Of a stretch of DNA of 64,000 nt, positions 25,255 to 39,445 are shown in pieces. Numbering within the stretch: the stretch's first letter is position 1; every line of letters begins with the position of its first letter. Source of the stretch: Octopus vulgaris. Lineage: Eukaryota. The notes beneath the pieces were generated by a model, which worked only from the letters and a program-made list of their open reading frames with translations, did not search any database and was not told the origin of the DNA. The stretch is from NCBI GenBank assembly GCA_951406725.2, contig OX597819.1, positions 91,760,001-91,824,000 on the forward strand, written 5' to 3'. The position numbers and the translations under genes are program-made.

Positions 25255-25692
25255 GAAAGTTGATAGAAAACAGTTAATCGAAATACAATTTATCAAAAAC
25301 AGCTGATCGAAAAACATTTAATCAAAATCACTGTTTATCGAATCTGCAACTAATCGAAAGATGTAGCAAATATTAAAATAAGACTATATCCTCATTGTGT
25401 ATTAGTATAATTTGTTTTATTGAGTTTAAAGAACATAGCAGTTGTCTGTCAGACACGTATGCTGTCTAAAAACCAGTATTAGTAGTCTAAACATAAATAT
25501 ACTTATTCAGTTTCCCATTATGTATTTAAAAAATATTAAGTAAATATTAAAAAAAATAATAAATTGGTACAAAATAACAGTTTCCCGTATTTTGAAAGTT
25601 TGATTACAGTTTGATGAATTCTTGATTCGAGTGACAGTTAGTTCCATCAATAGCATTTTTTAGAATAACTATTTTCGATCAATTGTTTTTTT
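25255..25692. mobile_element. Degenerate foldback-type DNA element with subterminal short repeats
   Basis: Left end has repeated (a/t)atcgaaa units; right end has inverted ttcga/tttgat units. Confidence 0.4.
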
Positions 25693-25943
25693 ATACTAAA
25701 CCTGTATATACATGCTTACATACACCGTTTATTCAGCAGACAATCGAGAATATGATAACTAGAGGGAGAGAGGGCTGCGTCAGCAATCAGCTGGGATATA
25801 CATTCAACTATTTTAACTAGAACAATGTGAAATAAAATGTCTTTCGTAAGGACATATCGTGCTACCCGATACGAGAATTGAAATTTACAATCTTATAATA
25901 GCGAAACCAACACTCGAAACACTAGGCTACCGTGAATTCACCA

Positions 25944-25977
<34 letters not shown>

Positions 25978-26112
25978 TGCTTGCTTGTGTGTGCCTGTTG
26001 TTCTAACTTAGCGGTCCGGCTTAAGAGTACGACAAAAATTATACCATACTTAAAACAATATGTACTGTGGTCAATTTGATCAGCTAAACACTTCAAGTCA
26101 GTGTCTCAGAAT

Positions 26113-26615
26113 CTTTTCTACTCTAGGCACAAAGCCCGAAATTTTTTTTTTGGGAGGTGGTCCAGTTGATCAGTACGCAGCTGATACTTAATTTATCGAC
26201 CCCCGAAAAGATGAAAGGCAAAGTCGATCTTGACGGAATTTGAACTCGCAACATAAAGACAGACGAAATACCTATTTCTTTATTGCCCACAAGGGGCTAA
26301 ACATAGAGGGGACAAACAAGTACAGACAAATGGATTAAGTCGATTACATCGACCCCAGTGCGTCACTGGTACTTAATTTATCGACCCCGAAAGGATGAAA
26401 GGCAAAGTTGACCTCGGCGGAATTTGAACTCAGAACGCAGCGGCGGACGAAATACCACAGAGCATTTCGCCCGGCGTGCTAACGTCTCTACCAGCTCGCC
26501 GCCTTTATAAGTACGGCGCGCTTACCGATTGTGCCACCAGGGCAGTTAAAAGACAGACGAAATACCGCTAAGCATTTCGCCCGGCGTGCTAACGTTTCTG
26601 CCAGCTCGCCACCTT
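26113..26615 (-). mobile_element. Tandem SINE family B copies
   Basis: Reverse complement of family B with both tail types. Confidence 0.85.
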
Positions 26616-27287
26616 ACAGTATCCCAGAATAGCCGCAGTCCAATGACTGAAATAAGTAAAAGAGTAGGACAAGAAGAAACAAGAGCGCTAATCATCTGTA
26701 TTGGCTTGGGAAGGTCGAATTTAGAAAGATTGTTAATTAGATTGGGAAATAATGTCACTATATTGTCATTGCTGATACACCTGATAAATTCATTCGTTTA
26801 AACTGTGTAGAACACTGTTCTATCTAGTTTAAACGCTTATCTCCTGATAATCTTTTTGATTACTCAAAGTTTCGTCACCGGTACAGAATATTTCAAGGGA
26901 TCAGGTTTCATACTTACCTAACTGATAGGAGTAGTGATAAGTGATAGGTAGTGTGGGAGTCGGCAATAACAAATTATGTAGGCATCATATATATTTAGTA
27001 GGAATGTCACGATATAGTAGAATGGTGGTGGTGGCAAGGATTTAGTAGCTTTTATAAACAACAGCAGAGATAAAGTAGAAGTGCAGAGAAAGATTCTGGG
27101 CCGTGTCTTCTACTCAGAGCCGAGGTTCAGGAATATTCTGTTTGGTTTTGTAATAGAGGTATGACATAACAATAAATTAATAAGGCATTTAATAAGCTTT
27201 GTGTGTGATAGTACATGAAAAGTATTGATGTTTTAAAGTTAACTTTGATGATGTACCATGTTTGAAAGAGAAGACCCATGACAAAAT

Positions 27288-27688
27288 GTCGTGGCTATGT
27301 GGTAAGGCGCTTGCTTCCCAACCACATGGTTCCGGGTTCAGTCCCTCTGCGTGGCACCTTGTGCAAGCGTATTCTACTATAGCCTCAGGTCGACCAAAGT
27401 CTTCTGAGTGGATTTGAAGACGGACACTAAAAGAAGCCCGCCGTATGTAAGCATATATATATCAATGTGTGCGTGTCTTTGTGTCCGTATTTGTCCTCCC
27501 ACCATCGGTCGACAACTGGTTGGTGTGTTAATGTCCCCGTAACTTAGCGGTTCGGCAAAAAATATCGATAGAATAAATACCAGGCTTAAAAAAAAGTACT
27601 CGAGTCGATTCATTCAACTAATATTCTTCAGGGTGGTGTCCCAGCATGGCCACATTCTAATGACTGAAACAATTAAAAAATAAAAGAG
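27288..27688 (+). mobile_element. tRNA-derived CORE-like SINE, family C
   Basis: gtggctatgtggtaag...ggttccgggttcagtccc (A and B boxes); ggcaccttgtgcaagcgt (CORE-like); tail ...gactgaaacaattaaaa. Confidence 0.8.
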
Positions 27689-28340
27689 CACTAGGTACCA
27701 GAAGGCTGTGTGAACGGTAAGGTGTCAGTACTGGATTCTTTGGTTTACAGAGTGGAACGTCAAAGTAGATTTCTTCTTGTGCCCTTTGAGGCAGATCTTT
27801 ACATAACTTCATGAGTAGAAATGAACTCGATAAAGTCAATTTCTCGGTGACTGTTATGAGTCAGGTCAACTGGTCTAATCACCTCATATCCTATGATATG
27901 ATTCGCTCAAGGTCTTACTGTGGAGGTGTCCAGTTTTTTTTTCCGATAATATTCCCACTAGACCGAGATTCTGTTTAAATTGTTTATGCTCTACCTTAAA
28001 TCAAACTTCCAGATCGGCTGTAAGGGATAGACCAAAGATGGACAATTGATACTCAATGTGTTGTCAGGTGCTCATAGCTTTTTGTTATCAAATGCATTCC
28101 GCTTGTAACCATTCCGGTTTTATTTCAGATTGTGCGTCTGGGATTATGTTATCCAATGCGATCCTTCCGTCGGGTATAATTTTGAGGAATCTTTAACTGC
28201 TCTTTCTAATAGGTCAATCGACTACATAAAAGCTTTGTCAGTAACTAAAGCAAAAGAATTAAGGTTAACATTTCAAGTGCTACGGTCGAGCTTTCTTTGT
28301 AATGAAACTTCCATTTCATTCTTTAAGCATTGCTTGAAGA

Positions 28341-28393
<53 letters not shown>

Positions 28394-29732
28394 AAGAGAG
28401 AGAGAGATGCATGTCTTTCGGAAAGATTTGGATAATGGATGGTAAAATTGATAAACGTGATATTTGAAAACGAATTCACTTTCCAAATCCGTTTTGTAGG
28501 TTTCTAGGCTGGAACAGTGAAAGTGCATTTATCAGTCATATCTCAAATTTCCTTAGCTTTTCTTTTCAACTATTTATTTCCATGCGCATATTTATTATGA
28601 CCAAAAAATACGCTGCGAATAACAAAATGTTTTGCTATTCAATGACGTTACGTTCTGAGTTCAAATTGCTCGGAGGTCAAATTTAGCTTTCAAACTTCTG
28701 AGATTGGTATTGTTATTATGGTTTAGCCCCAAGTCTAGCTGGCCTATAGCTTAAGACATTCCAGCTGTAGATAATAGGAATATCTGATGCATCCTGGCCT
28801 TATATAGACCGGTAGGATGTGATCTGAAGGAATTATTTGTAGAAGGTCGTTGGACTACGCAGCTATCCACTCCTTCTCATTGCCTTGCCCTCTCTTATGT
28901 GGTTGATGAAATAAATGCCAATGCAATGTTGAGATTGAATTAATCGACTATGTTTTGACCTTGTAACTACTTTAAAAATAATTTGTGTATCTCTCGATAT
29001 GCGACGGTGGCATATGATAAAAACAATAAGGTGTCGTGTTATCGTTCCCTCTGGATGTCAACTGTTCGTACACGCGTTCCTGACGATGTCCAATGGTAAT
29101 AGCCAAAACACAATTATTGCAAGCTTAGTCAACGACCTATACTTTATAGAAAGTTGTTTAACCTGATCCCTTATCAACTTTCTGTACTATTTTTCAGTTT
29201 CTAACATAGGTACGAGGCCTGAATTTTTGTTTTTGGTGGAGGTTATGGGTTGATCGATTAAATCGATTTCAGTATTCGATTGGTATTTTATTTTATCGAT
29301 TCCAGTCGGATGAAAGGTTAAGTTAACCTCGGCTAGATTTGAACTATAAAAATGAGTAGCTACAACACAGCAAGATATTTTGTTCGATGCTCTAACAATT
29401 CTGTCATTTCATTAACGATATTTGTGCTACATAATGGCTTCTGATTTAAGCACAAGGCCAGCAATTTTGAGACGATTTCATCGACTTCAGTACTTGACTG
29501 GTACCTTATTTTATCAATCTCAGCGAGATGAACGGCAAAGTTGACCTCGACGAGACTTGAACCTAGAACGTAAACAGTCAGAAAAATATTGCAAAGTATT
29601 TGTACTACATTGTAAGGTCAACTTTGATTCAGGAGACTTCATCAAAGTTATTCCAGCTATTTCAGCCTCACAGAACTAGAACAATGTTATTCAACGTCTC
29701 TTATTTACTTACTTATGTTTCAAGACAACGGC

Positions 29733-30071
29733 TGTGAAGGCATTTGGTTCAGTGGTTAGAGCACCGGGCTAACAACATATAGTAGTGAGTTCGATTCCCA
29801 GACCGGGCTGTGTGTTGTACTCTTGAGCAAGACACTTTATTTCACGCTGCTCCAGTTCACTCAGCTGTAGAAATGAGTTTGCGATGCCACTAGTTCCAAG
29901 CTCTATCGGCCTTTGCCTTTCCCTTGGAAAACATCGGTGGCGTGGAGAGCGGATGCTGATATGCATGGGAAACTGCTGGTCTCCCATAAGCAATCTTGCC
30001 CGGACTTCTCGGAGGTAACTTTCTAGGTGCAATCTCATGCTCATTCATGACCAAAGGGCGTCTTTACTTTT
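29733..30071 (+). mobile_element. tRNA-derived SINE with CORE-like body
   Basis: tggttcagtggttagagc...gagttcgattcccagaccggg...cttgagcaagacactttatttcacg; matches 46414-46724. Confidence 0.8.
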
Positions 30072-30665
30072 AAGACAGCAGGATATAACTTTTAAAAAAA
30101 GTTTTAACCCTAAAAAAAAGTTTTCCCCCCCACAAAAAAGTTTTAACCCTAAAAAAATTTGGTTGCTGTTTCTATTGGGTGCAATAGAAGTGTAGTGTGT
30201 CTCTCAATGGATTGAGGTACAATTCGTAAAGTTCACTATTATAAGCAGCCAAGTCTTTATCTGATACATAAATGTTTTGTTAGTTTGCAGAGTTGAAGCC
30301 AGAACTAGACAAGCTGTGGCTACGGTGAACTGCATCACAAAACAAACTAGCAACGATTAGAGAATGTCAACCGTGGCATTTACCAGTTGTGGTAGGGGAC
30401 TTCAGTATGAAAAATAAAATGCAAAAGCGAAAACAAAACAACGACTAAAATCTTATCTTACATTTAAGAAGGGGACGGCGTCCCAACACCGAAATATTGA
30501 AGAAATACGAAGTAAAACTTCAGCTGTTGCTCTGTTTTCCCTTTTGTACAAGATTTCGCGTTGTTTTGACCATAACAAAGTTTATATTATTTAACAGTAC
30601 ATAATGCTCCCCTCCAAACTACTCTATACTAATTACACTCACATACACTTAAATGCGTGCGAGCG

Positions 30666-31519
<854 letters not shown>

Positions 31520-31520
<1 letters not shown>

Positions 31521-32375
31521 GCGTAGAACGTACAAGGGCAAGGAAGAAGAACTGGGATTCAAACTGCATAGGCAAAGAAGTAGACGGCATCATGCAGTAA
31601 CAGTAACTGACCTAGACTCTACTGATGACTTGACATTACTAACAGGAGGTGCTGAGCAGATTAGAGCAGGAATCCGGGATGGTAGGATTGTACTGTAACG
31701 CAAAGAAAACACAGCTGCAAGTATTCAACCATGAAATGCCTGTGTCAGTGAACGTGAGAGACGGTAAGTCGCTCAAGGTAGCTGAAAATTTCAAATACCT
31801 TGGTGCAGTGGACACAGAGTACTGACAAAGACATCGTAGCAAGGAAAGCTCTTAACCTGGAGCGCAAGCCATAAATTGAGAAAGGTGAGGAGTTCAAAGG
31901 TAGCAAGGAAATTGAAAGTGAGGTTGTTTCTGGCAACAGTGGAGTCTGTTTTTCTTTATGGGCTGAGACGTGGACGCTCACTAAAGCATCGAAGAAGCAG
32001 TTGGACGGTTGTTATACGAAGATGCTTAGAATGACAATGTCTCCTTGAAGTGTCATACAACAAACGCCGACTTATACCAGGGACTACCAAAAGTAACATT
32101 GAAGATAAAGTATAGAAGGATGAGACTAGCTGGACACTGCATCAGACATACCAATGAAATTGCTAACAAGCTAGTGCTCTGGCAACCAACGGAAGGAAGA
32201 AGCAGGAGAGGAAGGAGGAAGACGACCTATATCGACAACTTACTGAAGGATACTGGAATGGAAGGGGTGCAGGAGTTGAAGACCATTATGGAAGATCGAG
32301 ACGAGTATAGAAAACGTGTGGAAACAGTCTTGGGGTGTCCTGAAGGACGACTTAGATAGATTGATGGATAGATAT
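31520..32375 (+). mobile_element. RTE-clade LINE, 5'-truncated RT/C-terminal remnant
   Basis: [10 protein letters not shown] (decayed DLDFADD), NFKYLGA, ETWTLTKASKKQLDGCYTKMLRM, RRMRLAGHCIRH...RGRRKTTYID...EDRDEYR, then stop and a (TAGA)n-like tail; frameshifted. Confidence 0.9.
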
Positions 32376-33119
32376 ATCACGGTATCGCCCGGATGTTTTT
32401 ATACACTGCTGGTCACAGTATGATTCGCATTGTGTTAGCTTTCGAATGCTGAATGGGACGACAGTCCGTTGCAGGGTTACCCATTCACAACCGAGTGCAC
32501 GGCTGCAACATGAAACGAAGTGTTATGCTCAAGAACAGAATGCACAGCCAGTCTCGAAGTGAAACCTCTATCTCGCGGTAGTGAGTACAACACATTAACC
32601 ACTAGGTCACGCGCTTCACACTCATACATACGCACACATGTATGCGCGCGTGTATGTATGTATGTATGTATGTATGTATAAAATTTTGTGTAAATTATGA
32701 ATGGCAAGTACAGTCGCGTATGTGTGTGTGTGGCTCTAAGTTGTCTGATGGGCATATCGCTGAAAACAACTTTCCTCACTTACTGTTTGTTTTGCAATAG
32801 TTGAGATTAGCGCAATATTTGTGCGTATATTATCGGGTGTTGGTTGCGGCTTGCCGATCCACACCAGTATATCATACATGATACTCGAAATGTTCCGGTC
32901 ACCCAATGCGCATATGCTGTGGCTCTGGTTCGACTAAAACACTCAGATCTAATAGTTTTATTCAATGGTTTATTCATGGTTTGTCAACCTCCTCTCTCGG
33001 CTGACAACAAGTCTGCTATGAAATTTAAGTGCATGATTTCAAACCAAGTCATTTAATGCTTTCGAGAAAGGCAAAATGGTCACGAAATTCTGTTTATATT
33101 AGTTTCTGTCAGTTTTCAT

Positions 33120-33495
33120 TTGGGGTTAAGAAGCTGGTTTTGCAGTTACATGGTTTTGGGTTCAGTTCCACCGCGTGGCATCTTGGGCAAGAATCTTGGT
33201 TATGATCGGCTACTGTTGTCGTGGGTAAAAAACGTAAAAATTTAAGTGATAAAATATGTGTGAGTGGGGGTGTGCGCGCATGTCTCCAACTGATTGACAA
33301 CCGGTGTTAGTTTGTTTACGTCCTCGTAAATTAGCGGTTTGGCCTAAGAGTCCGATAAACTAAATACCTAAATTAAAAACAAATTAAGTACTGTGGGGGG
33401 GGGAGGCGATCTGTTCGACTAAAATGTTTCAAGGCGATGCTCCAACATGGCCGCAGTCACATGATTGAAACAAGTAAAAAAAGTAAAAAGATAAA
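33120..33495 (+). mobile_element. SINE family C, diverged
   Basis: Aligns with the 63149 copy. Confidence 0.7.
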
Positions 33496-34199
33496 GAATA
33501 AAAGAAAGAAACATTATTTATTTTGATAGCAAAATTTAAAAAAAATTCCTTTTACATAGTCGCCTACAAACCTACCACTTCTCTGTCTGTTAGTCTGTAT
33601 GTCTGTCTCTCTCCATCTTTACCGAGTCGGCTTCTATTATTTCTGCCTGTCAATATTTGTTTAGGCTGGCACCGTATATAAATCACACAGTGCGAATTTT
33701 ATTCGATAAAAATACACATGGAAAAATCAAAATTTAAATCTAAACGCACAAACAAATCAAATAAAAAAAACCAAAAAAACCCAAAAAACAAAACAAACAA
33801 AAACAAATAGTGCAAAACCGAACGGAAACTTCTAGTAAAAATTTTCGATCAGAACCAAAAAAAAAAAACGCAAAAAAAAAAAAACGCAAAAGAAAAAATG
33901 GTAAAAGATTATCGAGCGAAGAACAACGAATGGAAAGGACGCTTCGTGCTCGTAATGCTGGTTATCATTTTTGCTAATAAATATACTATTTCCATATAGA
34001 GAACAGAGTTATTAAATTACATACAACATCCGTCGCCACCGCAACAAGTTAGTTGCTAGTAGCTGCTGCTACTACTACTACTACTACGACTACTGCTGCT
34101 GGATACTGTTACTGTACTGTTGATGCTGATGTTCATTCGTTGCGTTGGAATTCGCTGTGTACATACATATATATATATGGTCGCGATTTTCCGTCGAGA

Positions 34200-35010
34200 T
34201 TTAGTTTCTCTCTCTCTTTTATTCCTCTCACTCCTCTATCGCACTCCCTAAAGTTTCTCCTTCTTTATTTCTCATACTCCCCCCCTCTCTCTCTCTCTGT
34301 TTTTATCTTTCTCATTGTTTTCTCCGTTTCTTTCTCCTCTCTTCCTACCCTGTTGCTCTTTCACGCTTTTTCTTTTTCTCTTTTCCTTCGCTGCAACTTT
34401 GCTTTGCTTTTACCTTTCTTTTCCTCCCTCTCCCAAGCTTTTACTTTCCTCCTTTCGCGCCTTCTCTTTCTCTCTTCGGCTTTTACTTTCCAAGTTTCTC
34501 GTCCATTCCTTCTCTTCCTCTTTCCTCACTTATCTCATTTTATCTTTCTTATCGCTTTCTTTCCCTTTCTTTCTTGTTGTCTATCTAGCTTTCCTTCCCT
34601 TTCTTTCTTGTTGTCTATCTAGCTTTCCTTCTCTCACTCTCTCTACTTCTCCCTCATTTTTTTTCTTTTTTCTTTCTCTCTTTTTTCTTTTTCTCATCAT
34701 TGTTACCTCACACATCTTTCCCACTCCATTTCATCACTTTTTAGCATTACTTATCAGTTGTACTTATCTCCTCAATCTGTCTTACACATACGATTGCTCT
34801 CTTTCTCTTAATCTCTTTCTTATTCTGTCTGTCTGTCTGTCTCTCTCTCTCTCACTCTCTCTCTCATTATCTTCAATACCCTCACATTCTCTTACTTATC
34901 TCTCACTATTACTTTTTCTCTCTTCTGACGTTTTCACTATCAACTTTTTCTCTCTCTTCATTACTTTTTGCATCGTGACTCCTATACTCTTTTTTTCTCT
35001 CCTAAACAGA
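34200..35010. repeat. Long CT-rich polypyrimidine low-complexity tract
   Basis: Directly visible; source of the L/F/S-rich ORFs. Confidence 0.85.
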
Positions 35011-35066
35011 CAGACACACACACATACATGCACATGTGTGTGTGTATGTGTGTGTGTGTGTGCGTG

Positions 35067-35120
<54 letters not shown>

Positions 35121-35296
35121 TACACACCTCTGTAAAAATATCTATGTACGCATATATGCATACATAAAATATAAATAGATGCATTAAATACATTGTTTAA
35201 TAAGAATTTATTATTTAGCCACAAAGTCAGTAAAGATTAGTACGTGTGATTGATACTTTATTTCATCAATTCTAGAAGGATGGAAAACAAAGTGTT

Positions 35297-35345
<49 letters not shown>

Positions 35346-35372
35346 AATGTAATATGTGACAATTATTCGGTA

Positions 35373-35437
35373 GCCATGATAAAACTCCGAGTTTCGGATA
35401 AAACTCCTCGCCGCTATCTCTTCAGTTATCCGGCCAT
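35373..35437 (-). ncRNA. Type I hammerhead-like motif (minus arm)
   Basis: gataa-CTGAAGA-gata...tatc-c-GAA-ACTC-G-GAGT-T-ttatc. Confidence 0.7.
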
Positions 35438-35464
35438 CAAAAAAAAAAAAATGCTATTTTCGAT

Positions 35465-35535
35465 GGCCGGATAACTGAAGAGATGGCAACGTGTGTTTCC
35501 GCCCTGACATCCGAAACTCGGAGTTTTATCATGGC
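35465..35535 (+). ncRNA. Type I hammerhead-like motif (plus arm)
   Basis: gataa-CTGAAGA(35475-35481)-gatg...catc-c-GAA(35513)-ACTC-G-GAGT-T-ttatc; GUU triplet, predicted cut after 35525. Confidence 0.7.
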
Positions 35536-35632
35536 TACTGAATAATTGTCACATATTATATTTACACATAAATTCATCTATTTACATAATATCGAGGTCT
35601 CTTTCATTCTTTTGTTGTCTTAGCATTTCTAT

Positions 35633-35693
<61 letters not shown>

Positions 35694-36081
35694 TGTATAC
35701 ATATATATATATATATCAGATTAAGGAGTTATTAACGAGGGATTATCAATCCGGCCAAAATACTTTATAACCACCCCCCATTAATACAAATACACCAGAC
35801 TAACAATTTCTTTTTGATTAGTAAAGAACTCCGAGTATTCTTGTGGCAGGTTCCGAGGTTATAGTTCATCACCATTCTATATTGTAAATCCATGGTTGTG
35901 TTTCCAGTTAGACTGGTCTTTTACCCAGAGTGATGCATAAAACAAGGCTTAAATAATGGTTTTACATATTCTTTTATAGTTGAAAACAATAAAGGAATAT
36001 ATAAAGACCATTATCTATACATTGGCCTGTGTGTGCGTGTGTGTGCGTGTGTGCATGTGTGCATCGGACCTTTCCTTTCTG

Positions 36082-36120
36082 CCCTTTCTGATGAAGAGCC
36101 GTGCTCGAAACAGCATATAG
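36082..36120 (+). ncRNA. Minimal hammerhead-like motif, 3' side decayed
   Basis: cttt-CTGATGA-a-gagc-cgt-gctc-GAAA-cagcat; downstream sequence resembles the 47518/56886/63560 family. Confidence 0.55.
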
Positions 36121-36256
36121 CCAATCTTTTTTCCACCTTTACCGAGCGTCAAGCTAATACATTCCATGAGTACATCCTTTTGACTTTTGTTGCTTTGTTA
36201 TTCGTTATATATATATAATTCTTTTAATTTTTCTAAATTTAATTATTTAATTGTTA

Positions 36257-36292
36257 CAGTTGAAAAAGTCTCAATGAATGAAACCGGTACTG
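36257..36292 (+). ncRNA. Minimal hammerhead-like motif, U3-A8 variant
   Basis: cag-TTGAAAA-agtc-tcaat-gaat-GAAA-CCGG-TA-ctg. Confidence 0.55.
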
Positions 36293-36339
36293 AAATGTTC
36301 TTTATAAAATTATTTTAGCGTTTTCTATCTTGACATTTT

Positions 36340-36396
<57 letters not shown>

Positions 36397-36488
36397 ATAC
36401 TCACACTGATATATATGTAAATAAAACCAAAGAGAGGAAAGTGCTTTGAGAATTACATCATAAACAAAAAAGAAAAAAATTTAAATAT

Positions 36489-36528
36489 GCTACTGGTTTC
36501 AGTCGTTTACAAAACGATTTAGTCATGC
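36489..36528 (-). ncRNA. Minimal hammerhead-like motif, A3-U8 variant
   Basis: Minus strand gc-ATGACTA-aatcgttt-tgt-aaacgact-GAAA-CCAG-TA-gc; stem II 7 of 8 pairs, stem I weak. Confidence 0.5.
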
Positions 36529-38650
36529 TGTACGAATTAAGAAAAATAAATTGAAATTAATTTAAATTAATCTTTCATGATACCAGTCCTGGAATTTCAC
36601 ATTTTTCTCACAAAATTCACATGGTGCTGATATCTGGTTTCCCTCTCATGTATGTATGTCTGTCTGTTTGTATGTATGTAGCTAAGTAGTTTGATAGATA
36701 TGCATGTATGTATATTTGTATGTATGTATGTTTGTTTATACAGGTTCGTAGATTTTTTCCCCTTAGTATCTTGTATCAGAAGTAAACTAATTTCGTTAAC
36801 TCTTTCAGTGTATTGGTTTAACGTCGTCATAACCAGCCCCGAATAATTAACTATATGAACAGTTATTGAGCACTTTTGCTGAAAATTATGTCGTTAAGAC
36901 GAATTACGAACCATCTCTATGGAGTATATACTTATTTTATTACTGAGTATAGATATGTGTTTGCTTGTGTGTGTGCTCAACTCCGCCTATGTAATTTTAA
37001 TCTCAGTTTCGCAATCATTTTCACTTCACAGCTCTCTCTCTCTCTCACACACACTTCCCCGCCCTCTTATATTATGACCCTTAGTTTCTGTGATATTTAT
37101 TTCTTCCATGGCACTCAGTCTCAGTCTTTCTCTCTCTTTTTCTCTCTCACTCCTTTTCTCCCACTTCTTGTTCTGCTCCATCCTCTTTCTCTCTCCCTCT
37201 CTATTTCCAATACCATGCGTAGTTTCTCTTTTTAACCTGTTCATATCTTTCTACCTCACCCTCTCTTTATTATACTACTTTCTCTCCTCCCTCCCGCTCA
37301 CTTTATTGTGATCTCCCCCTCTCTCTCACACACACATACACATTCACAAACGCACACAATTTCACAGTATACTTCACACAGAGGTACACATACACACGCT
37401 TCGAAGCTACACTGCATAATAACACACACAAACATACAGCGTAATAATACACATGAAGACACATATAGGCGCTCGATCATACGCACATACAGCATACTAA
37501 CACATACACACACATAAATGTAAACGCAAACATAAATAAAAAATATAAACACATTCACACACACAATTTAGTTTTCTTACTTTCCTACTTTCTCATCCTT
37601 TCTGTCATTCCTATTAATATGATTTCTCTTTGCTTCTCTCTTCTTTCTCCGTCAGTTCCTTCTGCTTCTCGATGTATCTTATCTCACCCTCTCTCAGTCT
37701 CTTATACAAGCTATCCACTTCGTTTGTCTATCTCGACTTTGTTCTCTTATAAGCAAGTTACGTACGCGTAATTGCTAAGAGGCCGAATGCAATCACGTTC
37801 CTAGAGTCATCTGTACGTTTCAATGAAAACCTACTTGATTAGTTTGATGTTAAAGCATATACTATGTAGATAGTTCAAACAGGTATCAATTTACTCATGC
37901 AGATGGCAGAGGCAAAATATAATTTTCCTTTTGGCTCCTTGGTTCTCTTCTTTCCTAGCTTCTTCGTGTCTTTCTTTCCTTACATCAATTTAGTTATATC
38001 ATGTGCATGCAAGCCATAGGGCAGGTTTGTAGATGCATATGTTGATAGCTTAACAGAAGGTTCTTTTTTAAAACTATATCAACATAAAAGCAAATTACAT
38101 ACATCCGATCTAGAAGACTCCTCAACTTCCTCCATACTGATATGCAGATATCTATAAGGATATTTTATGTCAAGGAGTATTTCTCTTCATTTTGTTTAAG
38201 TCATACGCAATTCACTTATAAAACATTGTGTTCTACTCTTTTCGTATATGTCTCTGTCCCTTGGCTGCTGGACATATGATTGAACAATCATTGGGCTGAT
38301 GATACCTATTCAGCGAAGGTCCTCTTATTTTCAGACAATAAGCTTGTCTTTCTACTTAATGGTGTGTCAGTTTTGGAGAAAATCCCCACTTGATTTTCGA
38401 GATAATTGTCTCTTCTCACCCATATGGAGCTGGTCTAAATTTCTATTCAGTAATTGTGAGATATTAGAGACAGATGATTTTGATAAATCAGGAATTTATG
38501 GTGTATGATATTTAACATACTTATAATTGTTTATGTTTTTCAAATACAGGCTACTGGCCACTCTGAATTATTACTCCTTGCTCATTTTATGTGTGTATGT
38601 TTGTGTGTGTGTGTGTGTGTGTGTGTGCGTATCGATTTATTTCTACGGAT

Positions 38651-38910
38651 GTGGAGGTGCGAAGCTTAGTGGTTAGCGTGTTGGACTCATGATCGTAAGA
38701 ATGTGGTTTTGAATCTTGGACGTAGTGACGAAATGTGTTCTTGAGCAAAAAACTTCATTTCACGTTGCTCCAGTCCACTCACCTGGCATAAAAGAGTAAC
38801 CCCGTGACGGACCGACATCCCATTCAAGTGGGGATTTGTATACACCATGAAGCCGGAAAACCGGCCCTTACGAGTCGGCATGAGTCGAAGTGGAAGCTAC
38901 TTTTTGACCT
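38651..38910 (+). mobile_element. tRNA-derived SINE with CORE-like body
   Basis: gtggaggtgcg..gcttagtggttagcgtgttggactcatgatcg...cttgagcaaaaaacttcatttcacgttgctccagtccactca; matches 60237-60495. Confidence 0.8.
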
Positions 38911-39119
38911 TTTTCAACGGATACATTTTTTTGGTTATCCCAGAGTTTATTCAACGCGAAGGCAGACCTTACTGCCCACTTCTAGAGAAAAAAATTATGG
39001 ACCCATGCTTCTCTTGCCTCAGAAATCAGGTACACTTGGAGACTCCCGAGAAAAAGGATACTTGACCAACCCAAATAAATTATCATACACTTACCACACA
39101 GCCACTCTTGCGCCTATTA

Positions 39120-39182
<63 letters not shown>

Positions 39183-39409
39183 TATATATAAATATATATA
39201 CAGTGTTCATTTAAACACTTAAAAGGAATCTACTCATGAGATTCCTCACGCTAGAGAGAACAGCTAGGTTCCAAAACATCCTTATGATATTTGAAACTTA
39301 GGGTGTGTAAAGAGGGAAATAACCCTCATCTACAATTTTGATGAAATTCGAAACATAGGTATTCCAGTTCATTACAGAAAATATACCAGAAAAGTCTCAT
39401 TCTTCAATT

Positions 39410-39445
39410 GCAAGTAACACGGGCAATGCCGGGTATCGCTGCTAA
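39410..39445 (+). mobile_element. Probable Helitron 3' terminus
   Basis: Short GC hairpin cacgggcaatgccgggt followed by atcgctgCTAA(T), resembling the hairpin + CTRR end. Confidence 0.5.

Larger units (their letters stand above)
35341..35569. mobile_element. Foldback element made of two head-to-head hammerhead-containing arms (inverted pLTR-like)
   Basis: atgtaaatgtaatatgtgacaattattcggtagccatgataaaactccgagtttcggat ... atccgaaactcggagttttatcatggctactgaataattgtcacatattatatttacacat. Confidence 0.8.

Noticed and set aside
28110-28180. Acceptor ttttatttcag| as PDZ exon 2
   Set aside because: The phase-0 reading IVRLGLCYPMRSFRRV* stops and has no PDZ similarity.
30091-30160. taaccct motifs as interstitial telomere repeats
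   Set aside because: Only two isolated units inside a small A-rich local duplication.
34053-35178. Long hydrophobic L/F/S ORFs resembling membrane proteins
   Set aside because: Artefact of the CT-rich tract, which lacks stop codons.
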